DNA of 64,000 nucleotides from Propionibacteriaceae bacterium. Its GTDB lineage: Bacteria; Actinomycetota; Actinomycetes; Propionibacteriales; Propionibacteriaceae. This document shows, piece after piece, positions 1-9,799 of the stretch. Positions within the stretch are counted from its first letter, which is position 1. Each line of letters opens with the position of its first letter. The notes below the pieces were generated by a model that made no database searches, was not told where the DNA came from, and saw nothing but the letters and a program-made list of their open reading frames with translations. The stretch is taken from the NCBI GenBank assembly GCA_035535155.1, contig DATLQP010000291.1:10019-74018 (forward strand), written 5' to 3'. A program made the translations under genes and the position numbers.

Positions 1-2
1 AC

Positions 3-494
3 ACCGGCTATCACTTCGTCGAGACCATCGGCACCCGTGACGCCGTCCAGCTCGTACACAACGTCAACGTGATCAGCGTGACGCCCGAACAGACCGTGGC
101 CGAGCAGGACGCGACCTGGGGCAAGGATCTGTTCGCCCGCAACCCTGACCAGTGCTGCGCGCTCCGCAAAGTCGCGCCCCTCGGCAAGGCACTCGAACCG
201 TACGCGGCGTGGGCCACCGGAGTGCGACGCGCCGACTCACCGGCTCGCGCCAGCACCCCGCTGGTGTCGTGGGACGGGACCCGGAAGTTGATCAGGATCG
301 CTCCACTCGCTGCGTGGAGCGATGAGGATGTAGCACGATACATCGAGATCAATGCGCTCATGATCAATCCCTTGCTCGAGGACGGCTATACCTCCGTCGG
401 CTGCGAGCCCTGCACCACCAAGGCCTCCAAGGACGATCCGCGGGCGGGCCGATGGGCTGGATTCGCCAAGACCGAATGCGGGATCAACCTGTGA
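3..494 (+). CDS. cysH: Phosphoadenylyl-sulfate (PAPS/APS) reductase, 5' end outside window
   Basis: Frame open from base 3 reading TGYHFVET (DTGxxF motif); CCALRK and GYTSVGCEPCT Fe-S cysteines; C-terminal ECGIN motif. Confidence 0.93.
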   Translation, partial: TGYHFVETIGTRDAVQLVHNVNVISVTPEQTVAEQDATWGKDLFARNPDQCCALRKVAPLGKALEPYAAWATGVRRADSPARASTPLVSWDGTRKLIRIAPLAAWSDEDVARYIEINALMINPLLEDGYTSVGCEPCTTKASKDDPRAGRWAGFAKTECGINL

Positions 495-1108
495 CCGCCA
501 GGACCGCACTTGCCGCGGCGGCAAGCCGGAGCGATCAGGCCGAGGTGACGCGGCTACATCCCGCCCGAAGAGGCGCAACACTGTGGTTCACCGGGCTTCC
601 GTCGGCCGGGAAATCAACCATCGCCCATGCCCTGGCTCGCGAGCTGCATGGTGCCGGCGAGCGGGTGCAGGTGCTGGACGGCGACGAGGTGCGACCGCAC
701 CTCTCCGCCGGCCTGGGCTTCAGCCGCGAGGACCGCGACGTGAACGTGACCCGGATTGGCTGGGTGGCGCGGATGCTTGCCTCGCATGGGGTCATCGTGC
801 TCGTACCGGTGATCGCTCCGTACGCCGACGCCCGCGACGCCGTTCGAGATGATCATGGCCGGGTCGCGGTGCCGTTCGCCGAGGTGCACGTCGCCACATC
901 GCTCGAGATCGCCGAGGCTCGCGACGTCAAAGGTCTTTACGCTCGAGCACGCCGTGGAGAGCTGAGAGGTCTGACCGGTGTCGATGACCCGTATGAGGTG
1001 CCGGCCCAGGCTGAGCTCGTAGTCGATACCGCGAGTGTCGATCTGGAAACCGCAGTCCAGATGTCGAAGGCCCTGCTTTCGGTGATCGTGGAGAGGGACT
1101 TCGGGTGA
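491..1108 (+). CDS. cysC: Adenylyl-sulfate kinase
   Basis: WFTGLPSAGKST P-loop, LDGDEVR, GLGFSREDRD, DVKGLY and LTGVDDPYE motifs; GTG overlaps the cysH stop (GTGA). Confidence 0.95.
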   Translation: MTARTALAAAASRSDQAEVTRLHPARRGATLWFTGLPSAGKSTIAHALARELHGAGERVQVLDGDEVRPHLSAGLGFSREDRDVNVTRIGWVARMLASHGVIVLVPVIAPYADARDAVRDDHGRVAVPFAEVHVATSLEIAEARDVKGLYARARRGELRGLTGVDDPYEVPAQAELVVDTASVDLETAVQMSKALLSVIVERDFG

Positions 1109-2016
1109 CCACTGATCAGCTACGACCATTGAGCGAGCTCCAGGCGCTGGAGTCCGAGTCGATTCACATCATCCGTGAGGTTGCGGCCACCTTTGCTTCG
1201 CCGATCATGCTCTTCTCCGGCGGCAAGGATTCAGTCGTCATGCTGCACCTGGCGGCGAAGGCGTTCTGGCCTGCTCCGATTCCCTTCGGGCTGCTGCATG
1301 TTGACACTGGACACAACTTTCCCGAGGTGCTGCAGTTTCGCGATGAGGCTGTCGACTTCTACGGGGCGTCCATCAAGGTCGCAGCAGTGCAGGACTACAT
1401 CGATGACGGCCGGCTCCGTGAGCGACCGGACGGTACTCGTAACCCACTTCAGACCCTGCCGCTGCTGGATGCGATCAGTGAGGGCCGGCACGATGCCGTT
1501 TTCGGTGGTGGCCGCCGCGACGAAGAGCGAGCCCGCGCCAAGGAGCGGGTCTTCAGCATGCGGGATGGATTCGGTCAGTGGGATCCGCGTAACCAGCGTC
1601 CGGAGCTGTGGTCGCTCTACAACGGGCGCCACCTACCCGGTGAGCACGTCCGCGTCTTTCCGCTTTCCAACTGGACCGAGCTCGACGTCTGGGACTACAT
1701 CGCGGCGCAGAAGATCAGCGTGCCGACGATCTACTACGCCCATGAACGTGAAGTCGCCTTTCGGGATGGCATGTGGATCGCGATCACCGACGTCACGCCG
1801 GCCCGGACGAGCGAAGCGGTAGAGGTGCACTCCGTCCGTTACCGCACGGTCGGCGATATGTCGTGCACCGCAGCCGTACTCTCTGCCGCCAGCACCGTGC
1901 ACGACGTGATCACCGAGGTCGGGCTTAGCCAGCTGACCGAGCGTGGCGCGACACGTGCCGACGACCGGCTGTCCGAAGCCGCCATGGAAGATCGCAAACG
2001 GGAGGGCTACTTCTGA
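1105..2016 (+). CDS. cysD: Sulfate adenylyltransferase subunit 2
   Basis: LFSGGKDS PP-loop, HVDTGHNF, GGRRDEERARAKER, RYRTVGD, C-terminal MEDRKREGYF. Confidence 0.97.
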   Translation: MTTDQLRPLSELQALESESIHIIREVAATFASPIMLFSGGKDSVVMLHLAAKAFWPAPIPFGLLHVDTGHNFPEVLQFRDEAVDFYGASIKVAAVQDYIDDGRLRERPDGTRNPLQTLPLLDAISEGRHDAVFGGGRRDEERARAKERVFSMRDGFGQWDPRNQRPELWSLYNGRHLPGEHVRVFPLSNWTELDVWDYIAAQKISVPTIYYAHEREVAFRDGMWIAITDVTPARTSEAVEVHSVRYRTVGDMSCTAAVLSAASTVHDVITEVGLSQLTERGATRADDRLSEAAMEDRKREGYF

Positions 2017-3485
2017 TGCAACAGCGCTCCCCCGTCTTGTCTCCCGCCACCAAACTCACCGGTGGTCGTACCCTGCTCCGGCTGGCGACCGCCGGGTCGG
2101 TTGACGACGGCAAGTCGACCCTGGTCGGTCGGCTGCTCTTCGACACCAACTCGGTGTTTGCGGACACTCTTGATCATGTCGAGCAGGTCAGCAAGCGCAA
2201 GGGGTTGGATCGAACTGATCTTGCTCTGCTGACCGACGGCCTGCGCGCCGAACGTGAGCAGGGCATCACCATCGATGTCGCATACCGCTACTTCGCAACG
2301 CCAGCAAGGAAATTCATTCTTGCCGATTGCCCTGGGCACGTGCAGTACACCCGGAACACCGCGACCGGCTCCTCCACCGCGGATGTGATCGTGCTGCTGG
2401 TCGATGCGCGCAACGGCGTGGTCGAACAGACTCGCCGACACCTGGCCGTGGCATCCCTACTACGCGTGCCGCATGTCGTGCTGGTGGTGAACAAGATCGA
2501 CTTGGTGAACTACTCCGAGGACGCCTTCACAGCAATCGCCACCGACTTTGCCCTGCTGGCTCGCAGCCTCGGCGTCTTGGAGACTCACTGCATTCCGGTC
2601 TCAGCGACCGAGGGTGACAACGTGGTGACACGATCACACCGCACTCCCTGGTACGACGGCCCGACCCTGCTCGGCCATCTGGAGAACATCGACGACACCC
2701 GGCTCGCAGTAGGCGCCGATCTCCGGTTCCCAGTGCAACATGTGATCCGACCCCAGTCCGCGGCTCACGCCCCATGGGCGGCTCGTGCTCCGGAGGTGGA
2801 CGGGGATTACCGGGGGTACGCGGGCAAGATCGAGTCCGGCCGGGTACGCCCCGGCGACGAGGTCGTCGTCCTGCCTCGAGGTTCGCATGCCGTCATCGAG
2901 GCTATCGACACACCCGACGGACCCCTTGACCTCGCGGTGGCGGGACAATCCGTGGTGATGCGGTTGAACACCGACATCGACGTATCCCGGGGCGACATTC
3001 TCGCGGCCACCGACGCACCGCCAGCGCCGACTCGCGATCTCCCAGCGACAGTGTGCTGGCTCGCCGAGCGCGAACTTACAGTAGGCGCCCGGGTACTCGT
3101 CCAACACGGCACCTCGCTCACCAAGGCCCTGGTGAAGTCCATCGACGGCGTGCTCGATCTCGACTTCGAGTCCGGAACCGTGCCGTGCTGGCGGCCGACC
3201 GTCTCACTTGCTCTGAACGATATCGGCCGCATCCGGCTGACTCTGGCCTCGCCATTGCCGATCGACTCCTACCGCGAGCACCGCGCCACCGGAGCGTTCA
3301 TTCTCGTCGACGACGCCGACGGCTGGACACTCGGCGCCGGACTCGCCGGCTCCACTCCCCTTAGCGCCAAGACCACAGACAATATGCGCCCTGAGCCTGT
3401 CGAAAGGCACGCTTCGACCAGCTCAGCACGCATGACTCCTAGCACTGATCTGCACCACACAGCACAACAAGGAAAGCCATCATGA
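2016..3485 (+). CDS. cysN: Sulfate adenylyltransferase subunit 1 (GTPase)
   Basis: AGSVDDGKSTL, REQGITIDVAY, DCPGH, NKID GTPase motifs; TGAFILVD near the C-terminus; coupled to the cysD stop. Confidence 0.96.
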   Translation: MQQRSPVLSPATKLTGGRTLLRLATAGSVDDGKSTLVGRLLFDTNSVFADTLDHVEQVSKRKGLDRTDLALLTDGLRAEREQGITIDVAYRYFATPARKFILADCPGHVQYTRNTATGSSTADVIVLLVDARNGVVEQTRRHLAVASLLRVPHVVLVVNKIDLVNYSEDAFTAIATDFALLARSLGVLETHCIPVSATEGDNVVTRSHRTPWYDGPTLLGHLENIDDTRLAVGADLRFPVQHVIRPQSAAHAPWAARAPEVDGDYRGYAGKIESGRVRPGDEVVVLPRGSHAVIEAIDTPDGPLDLAVAGQSVVMRLNTDIDVSRGDILAATDAPPAPTRDLPATVCWLAERELTVGARVLVQHGTSLTKALVKSIDGVLDLDFESGTVPCWRPTVSLALNDIGRIRLTLASPLPIDSYREHRATGAFILVDDADGWTLGAGLAGSTPLSAKTTDNMRPEPVERHASTSSARMTPSTDLHHTAQQGKPS

Positions 3486-4288
3486 CCGCTCCATCACTGA
3501 TCCTCCTCGGCCACGGAAGCAACGACCCTCAGGTGCCGCAGGTCAGTCATCAGATCCGAGAGGGTCTGCTGACTATCCGGCCTGAGCTCGACATCCACGT
3601 CGCCTTCCTGGATCACTGCACACCAAGTGGCATGCAGGTCGTCAACAAACTGGTCAGCCGCGGGGTCGAGGAAATCGTCTTCGTGCCGCTGCTGCTGTCG
3701 GATGCCTTCCATGTCCAAGCCGACGTACCAGCCCTGCTCGCCCAAGTGCAGGCCAGCTTCCCCGAGCTGCGGGTCATTGCCTCCCGGCCCATTGGACCCG
3801 AGGCTCAACTGCTGTCGATCATCGATCGGCGGCTTCGTGCCGCGTTGCGCGCTCGGCACGTTGCGGAGCTGGACGGGCTGGTGTTTGCGGCCACCGGCAG
3901 CTGCGACATCCGGAGCAATGCGCTCGTTGCGCGACGGGCCAGGCAATGGGCGACACATCACCGGCTGCCCTGCGTGACGGCCTTTGCCACCGGCTCGGGA
4001 CCCTCGACATCCGAAGCGATTCGTACCCTCCGCGGCCAAGGTAGGCGGCACATCGCCGTCGGTAGCTGGTTCCTCGCACCAGGTCTGCACTACACCCGGC
4101 AAGCCGACCTCGCTTTGCAGGCCGGCGCGGTCGCGGTCTCCGCTCCGATGGGTGGCGAGCCGGAGATCGCTGAGGTCGCCTTGATCCGTTATGTGATCGC
4201 CGCGATGGATCTTGTTGATCTTCACGAACTCGAGACGGCGGATCACGAGCCGGCTCCGGTACGCCACCTGTCGGTGGTCAGCGCGTAG
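3482..4288 (+). CDS. sirB: Sirohydrochlorin chelatase (SirB/CbiX family)
   Basis: LILLGHGS N-terminal motif, VPLLLSDAFHV, WFLAPG; located at the end of the cys operon where siroheme is needed. Confidence 0.8.
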   Translation: MTAPSLILLGHGSNDPQVPQVSHQIREGLLTIRPELDIHVAFLDHCTPSGMQVVNKLVSRGVEEIVFVPLLLSDAFHVQADVPALLAQVQASFPELRVIASRPIGPEAQLLSIIDRRLRAALRARHVAELDGLVFAATGSCDIRSNALVARRARQWATHHRLPCVTAFATGSGPSTSEAIRTLRGQGRRHIAVGSWFLAPGLHYTRQADLALQAGAVAVSAPMGGEPEIAEVALIRYVIAAMDLVDLHELETADHEPAPVRHLSVVSA

Positions 4289-4291
4289 CTC

Positions 4292-5170
4292 TTAGCTCGC
4301 AGCGACTCGGGCTGTCTCCTTTTCGACGTCGAACTCGGCTGGCGGCCAGCGAAGATCGAGCGCTCGCAGGTGCTCGACGAGCAACTGCGCGACGGCCCAG
4401 TTCCGGTACCACTTGCGGTCGGCCGGGATGACGTACCAGGGTGCATGCTCGGGGTTGCACCGCTCCAGCACAGCTTGGTAGGCCTGCATATAGACGGGCC
4501 ACTTGGCGCGCTCGTCGACGTCGCCCGGGTTGTACTTCCAATGCTTGGTCGGGTCGTCCAGCCGGGCTATCAGCCGGGCTTTCTGCTCGGCCGATGAGAT
4601 GTTGAGAAAGCATTTGATCAATACCGTGCCTTGGTCGACCAAGCCCTGCTCCCAAGCGTTGATCTCGTCGTAGCGCTTGCGCCACACCGATTCGTCGACG
4701 AGGTTGTGAACCCGTACCACCAGAACATCCTCGTAGTGGGATCGGTCGAAAATGCCGATCAAGCCCGGCAGCGGCAGCTCACGCTCGATACGCCAGAGGT
4801 ACGGATGGGCGCGCTCCTCTTCGGTCGGGGCTTTGAAGGCCTTGATCTTCACGCCTTGCGGGTCGACCATGCCGATGGCATGCCGGATGACTCCACCCTT
4901 GCCCGAGGTGTCCATGCCCTGCAACACGACCAAGATCTTTGGACCGCCGTCCGCGACGCGGCCCAGGGCGAACAGACGTTCCTGAAGATCGCTGAGCGCG
5001 GGCGCAAGAGACTCAGTGATCGCCGGCGCATCGTCCTTGTCGCCTGGGAAGCCTGCCGTACCGGCCGGATCGAGCAACTCCATGGCAACCGGACCGGCGG
5101 GCAGCCGAAGCAGCGTGCTCAGCGGCTCGGTGATCAGCGATCCGTCGTCCTGCTTGGTCTTCTTCCCCAT
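4292..5170 (-). CDS. ppk2: Polyphosphate kinase 2 family (class III-like) polyphosphate:nucleotide phosphotransferase
   Basis: LQGMDTSGKGG Walker A, FKAPTEEE, FDRSHYEDVL Walker B, PWYVIPADRKWYRN; start placed at MGKKT (ATG 5170) with CACAAT 6 nt upstream. Confidence 0.92.
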   Translation of the reverse strand: MGKKTKQDDGSLITEPLSTLLRLPAGPVAMELLDPAGTAGFPGDKDDAPAITESLAPALSDLQERLFALGRVADGGPKILVVLQGMDTSGKGGVIRHAIGMVDPQGVKIKAFKAPTEEERAHPYLWRIERELPLPGLIGIFDRSHYEDVLVVRVHNLVDESVWRKRYDEINAWEQGLVDQGTVLIKCFLNISSAEQKARLIARLDDPTKHWKYNPGDVDERAKWPVYMQAYQAVLERCNPEHAPWYVIPADRKWYRNWAVAQLLVEHLRALDLRWPPAEFDVEKETARVAAS

Positions 5171-5239
5171 GGGCCGATTGTGCCGCATGTACGCCTCCGG
5201 ATGGATCGGTTTCGCTGCCCGACGTGCGACGATGGTGCC

Positions 5240-6034
5240 GTGCAGTTGATCTTCAGTCCCGACGGTGGGACACCTCGGACTGTCGATGAGGCTGACCTGA
5301 TCGAGCTGTACCGGCTGCCTGCTCCTGAGGGCCGTGGCTGGCTACGGAGCAACTTCGTGATGTCGCTCGACGGTTCGGTACAAGGTCCCGATGGGCGCTC
5401 CGGCACCATCAACACCGCAAGCGATCGTCATGTCTTCGCATTGCAGCGCGCGTTGGCCGATGCGGTGCTGGTCGGAGCCAACACGGCTCGTTATGAGGGC
5501 TACCGCGCTATCGATCTTGAACCTTGGCAGCTCCAGATCCGCGAGCAGGAAGGTCTCGCCCCGTATCCTGTCCTAGTGATCATCTCGGCGAGTGTCGATC
5601 TTGATCCAGTGATCGCGACACCCGCCGAGGGGACCGGCGGCGGCGTCATGATCATCACTACTGCCGGCAAGCCAGAGGGTGATCTTGAGCCGCTGAGAGC
5701 TGCGGGGATCACCGTACTGGAGGGGGAAGGCAGTGCACTCGATGTGGCCATGATCATTGATCAGCTGGCAGGCACTGGCCTGCCACGGCTGCTCTGCGAG
5801 GGTGGTCCCCGTTTGCACAACCACCTGCTTGCTGCCGGGGTCGTCGACGAGGTCGCCCTCACCCTCGCTCCCGTTGTCGTGGGGGGTCAGGGCTTGCGAT
5901 CCACCAGTGGCGCTGCACTACCCGTACCCAGCTCATTCCAGCTTCACCATGCCTTGTACGCCGACGACGGCGCGCTGTTCACCAACTATCGACTGAACAG
6001 AGCGGAGCCACACGAGGGCGCGCCCAGCGGCTGA
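5240..6034 (+). CDS. RibD C-terminal / dihydrofolate reductase-like pyrimidine reductase
   Basis: LRSNFVMSLDG, ADAVLVGANT, LLCEGGP, VDEVALTLAP motifs; the ORF-track extension to 4631 overlaps ppk2 antisense and is discarded; GTG 5240 is the inferred start. Confidence 0.85.
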   Translation: MQLIFSPDGGTPRTVDEADLIELYRLPAPEGRGWLRSNFVMSLDGSVQGPDGRSGTINTASDRHVFALQRALADAVLVGANTARYEGYRAIDLEPWQLQIREQEGLAPYPVLVIISASVDLDPVIATPAEGTGGGVMIITTAGKPEGDLEPLRAAGITVLEGEGSALDVAMIIDQLAGTGLPRLLCEGGPRLHNHLLAAGVVDEVALTLAPVVVGGQGLRSTSGAALPVPSSFQLHHALYADDGALFTNYRLNRAEPHEGAPSG

Positions 6035-6048
6035 ACGGCCCAGCATCG

Positions 6049-7131
6049 TCAGGCAAAGTCGGGATTGTCCGAACGCGCCCGGCTCGGCTGAACCCGAGAC
6101 GGCTCGCCGGGCATTTTCGGATAGTCCGGTGGGTATGGCATCTCCGCACCGCCGTACTTGCCGGTGCCCAGCTCACGCTCGTCGCGGGCGTACATCTCGA
6201 GCGCACCATCGATGCTGCGCGGCTTCGTTGCATAGAAGGAGTGCCACGCATCGCCGACCTCGGCAAATCGCGCGGGCATGGAGCTGACGGTGAAGTCGTG
6301 GGGGGCGACATCACTCAGCTCGTCCCACGTCAACGGCGCCGAGACCAACGCGGTCGGCGTAGGCCGAATGGAGTAAGCAGACGCGATGGTCCGGTCGCGA
6401 GCCATCTGGTTGAAGTCGACGAAGATGCGGGCTCCCCGCTCCTCCTTCCACCAGCTCACCGTGACGTGGTCGGGCATCCGCCGGGACAGCTCGCGACCGA
6501 GTGCGATCACTGCGTGCCGGGCTTCGATGAAGCCGTACGCCGGCTCGATCGGCACGAAGACGTGTACGCCGCGGCCGCCGCTGGTCTTGGGGAAACCCAC
6601 CAAACCGGCGTCCTCCAGTACCGAGCGCAGCTCGTGTGCCGCGCGCGCCGCATCGGAGAAATCAGTGCCAGGCTGCGGATCAAGATCAATACGCAGCTGA
6701 TCGACCTTCTCGGTATCCGCCCTGGTCACCGGCCACGGGTGGTAGCGGAGGGTGCCGAGGTTCGCCATCCAGGCGATCGTTGCCAGTTCGGTCGCGCAGA
6801 CCTCGTCCGCCGTGCGCCCCGACGGAAACGTGATGGTCACTGTCTCGACCCAGTCGGGCATGCCCTTGGTAGGGGCACGTTTTTGGTAGAACGCCTCGCC
6901 GTGCGAATCGCTCCGGGTGCTGAGCTTCACATCCGGCCGGTAGCCGCCCGGCCATCGCTCCATGGTGACCGGGCGATCCTTGAGCGCGGAGAAGATGCCC
7001 TCCCCCACGGCGATCACATAAGACACGATGTCGAGCTTGGTCAGCCCGACGTCTGGAAAATAGATCTTGTCCGGGCTAGTGACTCTTACGTGGCGGTTAC
7101 CGACCTCGAGCTCAACCGCTGGCACCGGCAT
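6049..7131 (-). CDS. Stand-alone AEP primase-polymerase (LigD Pol domain / Prim-PolC-like)
   Basis: VTSPDKIYFP, FYQKRAP, RIDLDP catalytic DxD, KTSGGRGVHV, FVDFNQ; C-terminal PYPPDYPKMPGEPSRVQPS tail as recalled for LigC-associated Prim-PolC proteins. Confidence 0.88.
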   Translation of the reverse strand: MPVPAVELEVGNRHVRVTSPDKIYFPDVGLTKLDIVSYVIAVGEGIFSALKDRPVTMERWPGGYRPDVKLSTRSDSHGEAFYQKRAPTKGMPDWVETVTITFPSGRTADEVCATELATIAWMANLGTLRYHPWPVTRADTEKVDQLRIDLDPQPGTDFSDAARAAHELRSVLEDAGLVGFPKTSGGRGVHVFVPIEPAYGFIEARHAVIALGRELSRRMPDHVTVSWWKEERGARIFVDFNQMARDRTIASAYSIRPTPTALVSAPLTWDELSDVAPHDFTVSSMPARFAEVGDAWHSFYATKPRSIDGALEMYARDERELGTGKYGGAEMPYPPDYPKMPGEPSRVQPSRARSDNPDFA

Positions 7132-7157
7132 GGCGTCAGCATAGGTGAGTACTGTCG

Positions 7158-7183
7158 GGAACAGACACACCGCGTGGGTGGTT
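7158..7183 (+). promoter_or_regulatory. ECF (SigR/SigH-type) promoter for msrB
   Basis: GGAAC (7158-7162) - N18 - GTT (7181-7183), 29 nt before the msrB ATG; msrB is an established SigR/SigH target in actinobacteria. Confidence 0.7.
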
Positions 7184-7212
7184 GACAGACATGCCGGCAG
7201 CGAGAGGCAGAC

Positions 7213-7668
7213 ATGACCGACACACAGAACAATCCGGCCGCTCAGGTAGGCCCAGCCGCTCAGGTAGGCAAAGTCATCAAGTCCGAGGCTGAGTGGCGCG
7301 CCCAGCTGAGCCGACAGGAGTATCACGTCCTGCGCGAGGCAGGAACCGAGCGGCCCTTCACCGGCGAATACACCGACACCAAGACCGAGGGCGTCTACCG
7401 CTGCCGGGCGTGCGGTGCCGAGCTTTTCCGAAGTGACCAGAAATTCGAGTCACACTGCGGCTGGCCCTCCTTCTTCGCACCGCTGGCCGAAGATCGGGTG
7501 CGCTACATCGAGGACAAGTCGCTCTTCATGAAGCGCGTCGAGGTGCGCTGTGCGCGCTGCGACTCACACCTCGGCCATGTGTTTTCCGGCGAAGGCTACG
7601 ACACCCCGACCGACCTGCGGTATTGCGTCAATTCGGTCTCGCTCTCCCTCGAGCCCGCCAAGTCCTAA
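7213..7668 (+). CDS. msrB: Peptide-methionine (R)-S-oxide reductase
   Basis: GTERPFTG, Zn-binding CRAC and CARC, SHCGWPSF, HLGHVF, RYCVNS catalytic motif. Confidence 0.97.
   Translation: MTDTQNNPAAQVGPAAQVGKVIKSEAEWRAQLSRQEYHVLREAGTERPFTGEYTDTKTEGVYRCRACGAELFRSDQKFESHCGWPSFFAPLAEDRVRYIEDKSLFMKRVEVRCARCDSHLGHVFSGEGYDTPTDLRYCVNSVSLSLEPAKS
7234..7269 (+). repeat. 18-bp tandem duplication in the msrB 5' region (PAAQVG x2)
   Basis: CCGGCCGCTCAGGTAGGC followed by CCAGCCGCTCAGGTAGGC, one mismatch. Confidence 0.9.
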
Positions 7669-7691
7669 CGGCCTCGTCGGGCAGGCAAGCC

Positions 7692-8372
7692 TCACCACAA
7701 GGCCAGAATGGCGCTCAGCTCACGTCGGCGGCCGGTGTAGAAGGGAACTTCTTCGCGAGTGTGGCGGCGTGCTGTGGCCGCCCGCAGGGCTCGCATCAGA
7801 TCGACGATGCGGTGCAGATCGTCGGCCTCGAACGCCAGCATCCACTCGTAGTCACCCAGCGCGAAGGACGACACAGTGTTGGCTCGTACGTCGGGATAGG
7901 GCCGCGCCAGCATGCCGTGCTCGGTGAGCATGGCACGCCGTTCCTCCTCCGGTAGCAGATACCACTCGTAGGAACGTACGAAGGGATAGACGCAGAGGTA
8001 TGCCTTGGCCTCCTCGTCCTGCATGAACGCCGGCACGTGGCCTTTGTTGAACTCCGCCGGACGATGCAGCGCCAGCTGTGACCAGACCGGCACCAGGTGA
8101 GCGCCAAGATCGGAGCGCCGCAGCGCGTGATAGGCGTCTTGCAACGCATCTGAGCCCGGCGCGTGCCACCAGACCATCAGGTCGGCGTCGGCACGCAAGC
8201 CCGCGATGTCGTACCAGCCGCGGATCACCAGATCGCCGTCTTGAGTGGCACCACTAATCGCGCGCACCGCAGCGTCGGCCGTCTCCAGCGGCGGATCGTC
8301 CAGCTGACCAACTCTTTTGAACACCGACCACATCGTGTAGCGAATCGTCGAGTTGATCTCGCGCGCCTTCAT
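7692..8372 (-). CDS. hemQ: Coproheme decarboxylase (chlorite dismutase-like family)
   Basis: [53 protein letters not shown]; in an operon with hemE and hemY. Confidence 0.93.
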   Translation of the reverse strand: MKAREINSTIRYTMWSVFKRVGQLDDPPLETADAAVRAISGATQDGDLVIRGWYDIAGLRADADLMVWWHAPGSDALQDAYHALRRSDLGAHLVPVWSQLALHRPAEFNKGHVPAFMQDEEAKAYLCVYPFVRSYEWYLLPEEERRAMLTEHGMLARPYPDVRANTVSSFALGDYEWMLAFEADDLHRIVDLMRALRAATARRHTREEVPFYTGRRRELSAILALW

Positions 8373-9799
8373 GTCCCGCTCTCCTCGAGTTGATCCTCAC
8401 CCTTGATCATGTTCTCGCGGCCCAACCCGAAATCAGCCGCAAGGACGTCGACGGCAGCCCGCGCCGAGGCGACGCAAGCCGCGATTCCCACCCCGTCCAA
8501 CGCTGCACCAGCCACCGCAAGCCCCGGCCTGCCCATCACCTCTGAGCGCAGTTGCGCGACAAGATCTCGATGTCCGACCTGATACTGCGGCAAGGCGCCA
8601 CCCCAGCGGTTCACCACCCCATGGACGAGCGTGCCCGTCTTCCATCCGGGGATGGTCAAGACCTCACGGAAGGTGCGATCGATGAGATCTCGGTCACTGA
8701 ACTGGAGACTCGTCGGATCCCCATGGCGTCCGATGCTCACTCGGACGATCTCGACCCCCGAGCCCCAGGCGCGACGCGCTTGGGAGGCAACCCAGGGCCA
8801 CTTGATCGACGAATACGTCAATGCCTTGATCGTGGGCAGTTCGGCGGGCGGCACCAGCAGCCCGGAGGCGTCGGATCGCACCCCCCGCACCGCCAGGGTG
8901 ATGACCGCCACTGACGCGTACGGCACGCGAGCAAACTCCTGCGCCGAGTCCACCAATCCCCAGAGAAGTCGCCCAGTCGCCGTCGCTGGTGCGGTCAGCA
9001 ACACGCCGTCTGCCATGATCATCTCTGGCGTGCCGGCACCTCCGATGATCAGCTGATATCCCCCGGCCACATGATCAAGCGCCCGGACGGCCGCACCCGA
9101 CCGCAACGTCACCCCACGCCGGCCAAGATCATCAACAAGCGCGTCGACCATGATCGACAGGCCGCCACGCAGCCCGGCGAACACCGGACCGTCCGATCTC
9201 TGCTGGGCGATTGCCTGCGCGTGCTGGAGCAGTGAGCCACCGCCCTTGGCACGCGTAAACAGCTCGTGGGCCACGGCATCGAAGGACAGCCGTCGTGCGT
9301 AACCGGCGTAGACCCCGCCCAGGAGCGGCTCCAGTAGACGATCGGTCACCTCTGTGCCGAACCGCTCATCGACATAACGGCCGACGGCGACGTCACGATC
9401 AAAGGTGGGCGCCGGCCGTTCCGGCTCGGACGCCGCCGTCCGCCAGCCCTCGGCTGACAGCAGACCGGCCAGTTGGGAAACATCGGTTGGTACGCCGAGC
9501 AACGACGCCGGCATCGGATGCAGGTGACCGCCCACCAGCAGTTGGGGTTTGTTGTCGGTCGGATGCACCAGGCGAGAGCCGAGGGCCAGGTCACTGATCA
9601 GCTGAAGTCCCTCGGGGCGGCGCGCCAGGATCGATTCCGCGCCACCGTCCAGCCGTACGCCGTTGATCGCGGCCGGCGCCAGCTTGCCGCCCCATCGGCT
9701 GCCGGCCTCGAGGACAATGACGTTGACACCGTGTAGGGCAAGCAGGCGCGCGGCGCTGAGCCCAGTGATTCCGCCGCCAACGACAGCAACGCTGGTCAT
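8369..9799 (-). CDS. hemY: Coproporphyrinogen III oxidase (HemY/HemG family flavoprotein)
   Basis: [12 protein letters not shown] motif, [37 protein letters not shown]. Confidence 0.92.
   Translation of the reverse strand: MTSVAVVGGGITGLSAARLLALHGVNVIVLEAGSRWGGKLAPAAINGVRLDGGAESILARRPEGLQLISDLALGSRLVHPTDNKPQLLVGGHLHPMPASLLGVPTDVSQLAGLLSAEGWRTAASEPERPAPTFDRDVAVGRYVDERFGTEVTDRLLEPLLGGVYAGYARRLSFDAVAHELFTRAKGGGSLLQHAQAIAQQRSDGPVFAGLRGGLSIMVDALVDDLGRRGVTLRSGAAVRALDHVAGGYQLIIGGAGTPEMIMADGVLLTAPATATGRLLWGLVDSAQEFARVPYASVAVITLAVRGVRSDASGLLVPPAELPTIKALTYSSIKWPWVASQARRAWGSGVEIVRVSIGRHGDPTSLQFSDRDLIDRTFREVLTIPGWKTGTLVHGVVNRWGGALPQYQVGHRDLVAQLRSEVMGRPGLAVAGAALDGVGIAACVASARAAVDVLAADFGLGRENMIKGEDQLEESGT

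Noticed and set aside
4631-5239. 200-aa N-terminal extension of the RibD-like ORF
   Set aside because: Overlaps ppk2 antisense; family similarity starts only near 5240.
7692-8372. Chlorite dismutase / perchlorate-type respiration
   Set aside because: Operon position after hemE-hemY identifies it as coproheme decarboxylase.
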